Source: an uncultured virus (IMG/VR IMGVR_UViG_3300030328_001585)
Lineage: Duplodnaviria; Heunggongvirae; Uroviricota; Caudoviricetes
Length of the DNA stretch: 64,000 bases
Virus record (IMG/VR): IMGVR_UViG_3300030328_001585
Reading direction: 5' to 3' (one strand)
Of the stretch, positions 58,398 through 64,000 are shown piece by piece; position 1 is the first letter of the stretch, and each line of letters starts with the position of its first letter. Position numbers and translations under genes: made by a program. The notes beneath the pieces were generated by a model. It was not told the DNA's origin. It made no database searches and saw only the letters and a program-made list of their open reading frames with translations.

Positions 58398-58796
58398 TTA
58401 TTTTTCTTTCTTTACCTTTTCAAGAGACCTTCCCCCAAAATAGGCACCAATCACTGTTATCAAAACAAGCTGTAGCAAATCTACCCAACTGGCTTTAACT
58501 TCAAATGTAAGTACTCCTGCATCAATAAAAACTAATAATACTGTTGACACTACTAAAAAGATTAGTATCAACGGCCTTACATTCTTACTCAACCATGAAT
58601 CACTGTTCATATCAGCTGACCAACGTGCACTTATTTCTTTCTCCATATCTACTTCATACTTGGAGATTAATTCTTTTATTTTTAATTCAGCCGCAAGCTT
58701 TTCTTCTTTAGAAGTGTGTAAGTTATCAATAACTCCTCCCACTCCTTTTACAAGCTCTGTTGCTCCTGCTGAAAATATTTTACTTAATAAACCCAT
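58398..58796 (-). CDS. Holin (GTA_holin_3TM-like)
   Basis: Likely start MGLLSKIF at 58796; RWxADMxSDSWLSKNVRP, two TM helices and YFGGRSLEK. Confidence 0.8.
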   Translation of the reverse strand: MGLLSKIFSAGATELVKGVGGVIDNLHTSKEEKLAAELKIKELISKYEVDMEKEISARWSADMNSDSWLSKNVRPLILIFLVVSTVLLVFIDAGVLTFEVKASWVDLLQLVLITVIGAYFGGRSLEKVKKEK

Positions 58797-58807
58797 ATTT
58801 TTATTTT

Positions 58808-60121
58808 TTAAGGATAAATTCTTATTTCTAACGGTGTATTTAATAAACAATCATCTTGTCCTCCCGTATTATCTCCTTCTAAGAATATATCAAAAGTTGT
58901 AGTACTTTGTGTTTTAAGGACACCTATAATTTCAGAGAACTTATAATTAGGACTCATAAATATAGCTGTCTTAGCTAAATCTACAGGAGACCCATAAGTT
59001 GCTCTATAACTTCCAGGATTTGTTCTTGACCAAGTAAGAGATATTCCAGCATCATTATTTAAAATAACAGACGTTGGAACACTAGTTCCTGTTTGAGTTA
59101 ACAAGCAAGTATAAGTTTTATAAGCTTCTGTTATACTTGTAACTCTACCTTGTTGATCAACCACAACTGTTGCATTAGTATATGTTCCAGGTGTTACTGC
59201 TGTGTCAGTTAAATTAACAACAACTTTTGGTCCACCTGTTCCTACTGTTTCTATTCCTGTTCCACCTTCTATATCTAACGTATTACCATCATATACATTT
59301 TGAGGGGATCCTGAATCTCCATTAACTAGGAAAGTAGTCATCCCTGCTGCAGGGAAAGTAACTAGGTTACCTAGTCCATTAACATATTGAGTATCACTAC
59401 CAGCCCATGTGAAAGATAAAGTTCCATTAGTTGTAATAGGTCCACCCGTAACATCTAAAGCATCTCCTGCTGTTGATGCATCTACGGAAGTAACTGTACC
59501 ACTTGAAGCCCCACTAGAATAAACAGGAATGTTCAATACACCACCTACTAAAGTGGCAGCACCTGAAGTTCCTGTAGTAGTTAGACTGGTAACAGCCCCG
59601 CTTCCAGTTGAACTAATAGTTAGTTCATTAGCACTTTCTCCAATGGTAATACCACTACCCTCAACTAATGTTCTAAAATTAAGTGTCTCACCAACTTTAT
59701 CTTTATATACTTTTTTACCACTACCAACATTTGCTGCTAGATTTGGTTCTCCTTCTGTTGTTATTTCTACATAATCATCATCTGCAGAGGTTGCAAGAGT
59801 AAGATTGCTGCTCATTGATTTCAATGATCTAAAATATACGGTACACTTTTCAGTTGTTGCATCAACGTCAGTCTTTTGATAGACTTGACCTGTACCAGAA
59901 GCAGGATTTGCAGGAGAATTAGCATGATCACAATGCTCTGCAGCAACCTTAAAATCTCTTACTTTAATAACTTTGACACTTTTATATGGTATAGGTGAGG
60001 CAACCCCCGTCATGTCAGGCTGCTCATTAAACTTACCTAATACCAGAACATCATTAAGATCTGCCTTTTCAGCATATACTCCTCTTCTTATTAAGCTTAA
60101 TACGTCAGTTAAGATATTCAT
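58808..60121 (-). CDS. Fibre / structural protein (about 437 aa)
   Basis: Likely start MNILTDV at 60121; GTVTSV, TPGTYTNATVVVDQQGRVT and LNFRTLVEGSG motifs. Confidence 0.8.
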   Translation of the reverse strand: MNILTDVLSLIRRGVYAEKADLNDVLVLGKFNEQPDMTGVASPIPYKSVKVIKVRDFKVAAEHCDHANSPANPASGTGQVYQKTDVDATTEKCTVYFRSLKSMSSNLTLATSADDDYVEITTEGEPNLAANVGSGKKVYKDKVGETLNFRTLVEGSGITIGESANELTISSTGSGAVTSLTTTGTSGAATLVGGVLNIPVYSSGASSGTVTSVDASTAGDALDVTGGPITTNGTLSFTWAGSDTQYVNGLGNLVTFPAAGMTTFLVNGDSGSPQNVYDGNTLDIEGGTGIETVGTGGPKVVVNLTDTAVTPGTYTNATVVVDQQGRVTSITEAYKTYTCLLTQTGTSVPTSVILNNDAGISLTWSRTNPGSYRATYGSPVDLAKTAIFMSPNYKFSEIIGVLKTQSTTTFDIFLEGDNTGGQDDCLLNTPLEIRIYP

Positions 60122-60122
60122 T

Positions 60123-60344
60123 TTACTTCTTTTTTCCTGAGTGGGTCCACCCACCTAGTTTATATGCTTGCATTTTTTCTTTTCCATCTTTAGCTACCAC
60201 CCTTTTTGCATTTCCTCCTTTGTTCATTTTTTCAATAACTGAGGCCATCATAATTTCATCTAGCTCACCGCCAGATCTCATGAGAAGTTTTGTCTTTTGT
60301 CTAGACAACTTCTGCTTTGGTAAACATTTTCTCTTCTTTGCCAT
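60123..60344 (-). CDS. Small basic protein with hydrophobic-x-x-GG motifs
   Basis: MRSGG, MNKGG and YKLGG. Confidence 0.7.
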   Translation of the reverse strand: MAKKRKCLPKQKLSRQKTKLLMRSGGELDEIMMASVIEKMNKGGNAKRVVAKDGKEKMQAYKLGGWTHSGKKK

Positions 60345-60351
60345 TTGTATA

Positions 60352-60495
60352 TTAAAAATCTAAGGTGAGTGTTACTATAAACACAAACACCTTAAGCGTT
60401 CTATAATCATATTCTTCATCCACATTCATAAATTCCCATCCAAGTGAGAATCTATCGTGTGGCCAGTGGAAAGCAATTTCTAACTTCCAATCCAT
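60352..60495 (-). CDS. Small beta-rich hydrophobic protein (47 aa)
   Basis: Likely start MDWKLEIAFHW at 60495; ends TLTLDF. Confidence 0.6.
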   Translation of the reverse strand: MDWKLEIAFHWPHDRFSLGWEFMNVDEEYDYRTLKVFVFIVTLTLDF

Positions 60496-60499
60496 TGTT

Positions 60500-60607
60500 T
60501 TACTTTTTGTTGCAGCAGTTATCGTGATCACAACAATCTGCACACCATCCTAGGCATACCTTACCACAAGATACCCACATAATAAATTTACATAATAATT
60601 TTTTCAT
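60500..60607 (-). CDS. 35-aa Cys-rich peptide
   Basis: MKKLLCKFIMWVSCGKVCLGWCADCCDHDNCCNKK*; ATGA-coupled to the upstream gene. Confidence 0.55.
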   Translation of the reverse strand: MKKLLCKFIMWVSCGKVCLGWCADCCDHDNCCNKK

Positions 60608-60738
60608 CTTCCTTGTCCTTTATATTTTTTAAGATAGAATTTACTACCCTTTACATTTGATGTTTTAGTTTTTGCATGAACACCAGGTCTCTTTCTTTTT
60701 GCAGGTTTTTTATAAGCTGTTACTACTAGTCTAGCCAT
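60604..60738 (-). CDS. 44-aa basic protein ending in KYKGQGR
   Basis: MARLVVTAYKKPAKRKRPGVHAK...KKYKGQGR*; this C-terminal motif is common in small proteins of aquatic phages. Confidence 0.7.
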   Translation of the reverse strand: MARLVVTAYKKPAKRKRPGVHAKTKTSNVKGSKFYLKKYKGQGR

Positions 60739-60979
60739 TTTTCTTTCTGCCTTTTCTAGCTTTTCCTTTTACTGCTCCTCCTACATCACCTAGTTGATTA
60801 CCAACTTCTTTAATAGCTCTACCTACATCAGCTAATTCAGCTGCTGTAAGTTTATATCTCTTGACAATTTCTACCAGAGTCTTCTCTGCTTTTTCATCAA
60901 TAGAGGTTCTAGACCATACGGCTCTCCAGTAATCTTGAGGACCGTAAGTCCATAAAACATTTATTATTTTTTTAAACAT
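60731..60979 (-). CDS. Hypothetical protein with basic C-terminus
   Basis: 82 aa; first gene of the second leftward operon. Confidence 0.7.
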   Translation of the reverse strand: MFKKIINVLWTYGPQDYWRAVWSRTSIDEKAEKTLVEIVKRYKLTAAELADVGRAIKEVGNQLGDVGGAVKGKARKGRKKNG

Positions 60980-60994
60980 GATAAAGTATTTTAT

Positions 60995-61108
60995 TGTACT
61001 ATATAAATAATATACAAATTTTGTATCACTTAAGCAACTGAATCACACATATTAATGCTATCTTTGTAAATCTTAAGGGACGTTAGTCTACTTATAATAT
61101 ACAAAAAA
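60995..61108 (-). promoter_or_regulatory. Tandem late-promoter motifs (61007-61018 and 61094-61108) flanking a divergent TATCTTTG (61059-61066, plus strand)
   Basis: TGTACTATATAAATAATATACAAA matches 10095-10118 at 23 of 24 positions. Confidence 0.6.
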
Positions 61109-61147
61109 TTAATGACTAAAATCAAGTTTAACTATTAACATAATTAT

Positions 61148-61336
61148 ATGAAGGAAATAAACCAACTCCAATTTAAACACAAGTTTAGTGTAGAATTTTT
61201 ACCAACTGAATGCTTGTTTGGCGTTAAAATTATTAACTGTGAGGTGTTTTGTGAAGACAAAGAATACCGTCCTTTGGTGGGTATAGAATTGGGTTTCATA
61301 TTTTTTACCATCAGCTATGTAAAATTGATGGGATAG
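61148..61336 (+). CDS. Small beta-rich hydrophobic protein
   Basis: 62-aa ORF downstream of TATCTTTG. Confidence 0.6.
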   Translation: MKEINQLQFKHKFSVEFLPTECLFGVKIINCEVFCEDKEYRPLVGIELGFIFFTISYVKLMG

Positions 61337-61438
61337 GCTTTCTAGTCTGCCCAAAATTTCTTACATTATATATATCTAGCAAGCTGCACCTCTCAAGAGT
61401 GGAAGTGCAGCTTTTTTAACCCTTATTAAATAATTATT

Positions 61439-62416
61439 ATGAAAGACATCTTTAAACCCAGAGTAAATATCCTACCTTATGAATACCCTCAATTATTAGC
61501 TTATAAAGATGCAATCAGACACTCCTACTGGATAGACACTGAGTTTAACTTTACAGAAGATATACAAGATTTTAAGATCAATATTAATTCTAAAGAGAAA
61601 GATGTAATCAAAAAAACCATGTTAGCAATTGCACAGATTGAGGTCAATGTTAAAACCTTCTGGGCTGACATGTATAAACGTATGCCTATTACAGAAATAG
61701 GAGATGTAGGAATGACTTTTGCTGAATCAGAAGTTAGACATAAAGATGCTTACGCAAGGCTATTAAGAATCCTTGGTTTAGAAGATGAATTTAAAACAGT
61801 TATTGAAGAACCAGCAATTAAGTACAGGATTAAGTACTTAAAGAAGTACTTGGATGGAACTAGATCTAAGGATAATAAAATGTATACTAAGTCTGTTTTA
61901 TTATTTTCTTTATTCATAGAACATGTAAGTCTGTTTAGCCAATTCCTAATCATGATGAGCTTTAACAAGGATAAGAATGTACTTAAAGGTATATCTAATG
62001 TGGTTGAAGCAACCAGCAAAGAAGAAGAAATACACGGAAACTTTGGAGCAGAAATCATCAATATCATCAAAGAAGAGAACCCAGAGTGGTTTGATCAGGA
62101 GTTTGAGGACTTAATTGATTCAGCTTGTAGAAAGGCATATGAAGCAGAATGTGGAATATTAGATTGGATATTTGAAAAAGGAGAACTAACATTCCTATCT
62201 AAAGAAACAATTCAACATTTTATTAAGAATAGATTTAACAACTCCTTAGAAAAGATTGGTATGAAGCCCGTCTTTGATGTTGATTATTCATTATTAGAAA
62301 AAACAGAATGGTTTGATATAGAAATTACTGCAACAAAAGAGGGAGATTTTTTCTATAAGAAATCTATTGACTATAACAAGAAAAGTAAAAGCATCACAGT
62401 TGATGACTTATTTTAA
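61439..62416 (+). CDS. nrdB: Ribonucleotide reductase beta subunit (class I, Flavobacterium class Id-like)
   Basis: IAQIEVNVK, EVRHKDAY, EHVSLFSQF, EEIH and DFF motifs. Confidence 0.92.
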   Translation: MKDIFKPRVNILPYEYPQLLAYKDAIRHSYWIDTEFNFTEDIQDFKININSKEKDVIKKTMLAIAQIEVNVKTFWADMYKRMPITEIGDVGMTFAESEVRHKDAYARLLRILGLEDEFKTVIEEPAIKYRIKYLKKYLDGTRSKDNKMYTKSVLLFSLFIEHVSLFSQFLIMMSFNKDKNVLKGISNVVEATSKEEEIHGNFGAEIINIIKEENPEWFDQEFEDLIDSACRKAYEAECGILDWIFEKGELTFLSKETIQHFIKNRFNNSLEKIGMKPVFDVDYSLLEKTEWFDIEITATKEGDFFYKKSIDYNKKSKSITVDDLF

Positions 62417-62426
62417 AAACCAACAT

Positions 62427-64000
62427 ATGGAATATAAGAAGTATTACTGGCTTAATGATAATAGCCGTCAGTTTTTATCAAGAGGATATATAACTGAAAC
62501 ACCAGAACAAAGAATAAAAGATATAGCCAATGTGGCTGAGAAGTATTTAAAGGTAGAAGGATTTGCTGCTAAGTTTGAAGATTACATGGCACGTGGTTTC
62601 TATAGTTTATCTACTCCTGTGTGGATTAACTTTGGTAAACAAAAAGGTTTACCTATTAGTTGCTATGGAAGTAATATAGATGATAGTCTAGATAGCATTC
62701 TAAATGCAGGACGTGAGATTGGTTTAATGTCAAAGTATGGAGGAGGCACAAGTGCATACTTAGGAAACATAAGACCTAGAGGATCAGTAATATCCACAGG
62801 AGGACATGCTGATGGACCTGTTCATTATGCTAAAATATATGATACTGTAGTAGATGTATGTAAGCAATCTGAAGCTAGACGTGGAGCATGTGCTGTATAT
62901 TTACCAATTGAGCATGCAGATATTATGGATTTCTTAGATATAGGTACTGAGGGAAATCCAATACAGAATCTACAATATGCTGTAACCGTAACAGATGCAT
63001 GGATGGAAGAAATGAAAGCTGGAGATAAAACAAAACGTAAGACCTGGGCTAAGGTAATACAAAGAAGAAGTGAGTTTGGTTTTCCTTATATAATGTTCAA
63101 AGATAATAGTAACAACAACTCTCCATATAAAGAACTTGGTTTAGAGATAACTGCATCTAATCTTTGTTCAGAAATACAATTGCCCACTGATAGTTTCAAT
63201 TCTTTTGTTTGTTGCTTAGGGTCCATTAACCTATTGCATTGGGAAGAGATAAAACAAACTGACGCAATAGAAGTATACACTTTATTCTTAAATGCAGTAA
63301 TGGATGAATTCATCTTAAAGGCATCCCGCTTGCCTGGCATGAAGAGAGCTTATAGGTTTGCTGAACAACATAGAGCTATTGGAGTAGGAGTCCTAGGATA
63401 CCACTCTTTATTTCAATCTAAACTAATTGAGTTTGACTCACTGGCAGCTAAAGGATTAAACAATGAAATCTTTAAGACTATAAAAGAAAGAACAGAGGAG
63501 GGATCTAAATGGTTACATGATCATAGGGAAGTTAGATCTTTAAGAGAAGGTTTTGCTAATACTACTATGATGGCTATAGCCCCAACCAAGTCTAGTTCAT
63601 TTATACACGGTGCTGTGTCTATGGGTATTGAACCTATTAAATCTAATTACTTTATTAAGGACCTTGCTAAGTCTAAGACTGTATATAAGAATCCTTTCTT
63701 AGAAAGTGAGCTTGAAAAGTATGATTTGAATAATACTAAGACCTGGAAATCAATTCTTAAGCAAGATGGATCTGTACAACATTTAGATTTTCCAACTAAA
63801 GCAGTGTTTAAATCATTTGTAGAAATATCTCCAAAAGAAATAGTTCTGCAGGCGGCACAAAGACAAAAGTATATAGATCAGTCTCAGTCACTAAATTTAA
63901 TGATTGATCCATCAGTACCAGCTAAACATATTAATAAGTTATACATGTATGCTTGGGAAGAGGGTGTTAAGACTTTATACTATCAGTTTAGTAAAAGTTC
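62427..64000 (+). CDS. nrdA: Ribonucleotide reductase alpha subunit, partial (runs off the right edge)
   Basis: ATG at 62427 (MEYKKYYWLN...); STPVW, PISC, GGGTS, SNLCSEI, CCLGS, APTKSSS, DQSQSLN and GVKTLYYQ; no ATP cone at the N-terminus. Confidence 0.92.
   Translation, partial: MEYKKYYWLNDNSRQFLSRGYITETPEQRIKDIANVAEKYLKVEGFAAKFEDYMARGFYSLSTPVWINFGKQKGLPISCYGSNIDDSLDSILNAGREIGLMSKYGGGTSAYLGNIRPRGSVISTGGHADGPVHYAKIYDTVVDVCKQSEARRGACAVYLPIEHADIMDFLDIGTEGNPIQNLQYAVTVTDAWMEEMKAGDKTKRKTWAKVIQRRSEFGFPYIMFKDNSNNNSPYKELGLEITASNLCSEIQLPTDSFNSFVCCLGSINLLHWEEIKQTDAIEVYTLFLNAVMDEFILKASRLPGMKRAYRFAEQHRAIGVGVLGYHSLFQSKLIEFDSLAAKGLNNEIFKTIKERTEEGSKWLHDHREVRSLREGFANTTMMAIAPTKSSSFIHGAVSMGIEPIKSNYFIKDLAKSKTVYKNPFLESELEKYDLNNTKTWKSILKQDGSVQHLDFPTKAVFKSFVEISPKEIVLQAAQRQKYIDQSQSLNLMIDPSVPAKHINKLYMYAWEEGVKTLYYQFSKS

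Noticed and set aside
1..64000. Stop-codon reassignment as in some gut crAss-like phages
   Set aside because: Long genes are intact under the standard code, and TAA, TAG and TGA all serve as genuine stops with tight gene packing.
19944..64000. Inteins or introns in TerL, DnaB, PolB, primase or RNR
   Set aside because: Lengths are ordinary, catalytic motifs are contiguous, and no intein-terminal or LAGLIDADG motifs were seen.
1..64000. tRNA, rRNA, integrase or transposase genes
   Set aside because: No cloverleaf with T-loop GTTCRA and matching stems, and no recombinase or transposase motifs were recognised by eye; a tRNAscan-SE or ARAGORN run would be needed to exclude tRNAs fully.

Overview
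This window is a 64-kb piece of an AT-rich dsDNA tailed phage genome using the standard genetic code. Its gene content is crAss-like (Crassvirales-related, probably environmental or aquatic), and it very likely infects Bacteroidota/Flavobacteria, judged from TAnnTTTG promoters, translation starts without Shine-Dalgarno sequences, and a Flavobacterium-type class Id ribonucleotide reductase (RNR). Layout: (i) 1-27.6 kb, minus strand, virion and lysis module: a >2,100-aa tail fibre running off the left edge, a second fibre, auxiliary capsid, ring protein, major capsid, scaffold, portal, TerL, GroES, a PD-(D/E)XK nuclease, an HU-like protein, an amidase endolysin and a stand-alone SET-domain protein. 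(ii) 27.6-28.8 kb, a divergence region with C-runs and a candidate pseudoknotted RNA. (iii) 27.8-52.7 kb, plus strand, early and replication module: HNH, SF2 helicase, Ung, DnaB, AAA ATPase, primase, RusA-like resolvase, a VWA/MoxR cluster, exonuclease, PolB, DUF932 and DUF5664. (iv) 52.8-61.0 kb, minus strand, a second virion module with fibres, holin and small basic proteins. (v) nrdB and a truncated nrdA at the right edge. Best candidates for something new: a five-gene MoxR-VWA module with three proteins sharing an unnamed helical motif (two also BRCT-like), a set of structured intergenic RNAs, a SET methyltransferase alongside small Lys-rich proteins with hydrophobic-x-x-GG motifs, and a tail fibre punctuated by an exact 15-bp repeat. 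All calls come from reading motifs by eye; no database searches were run.
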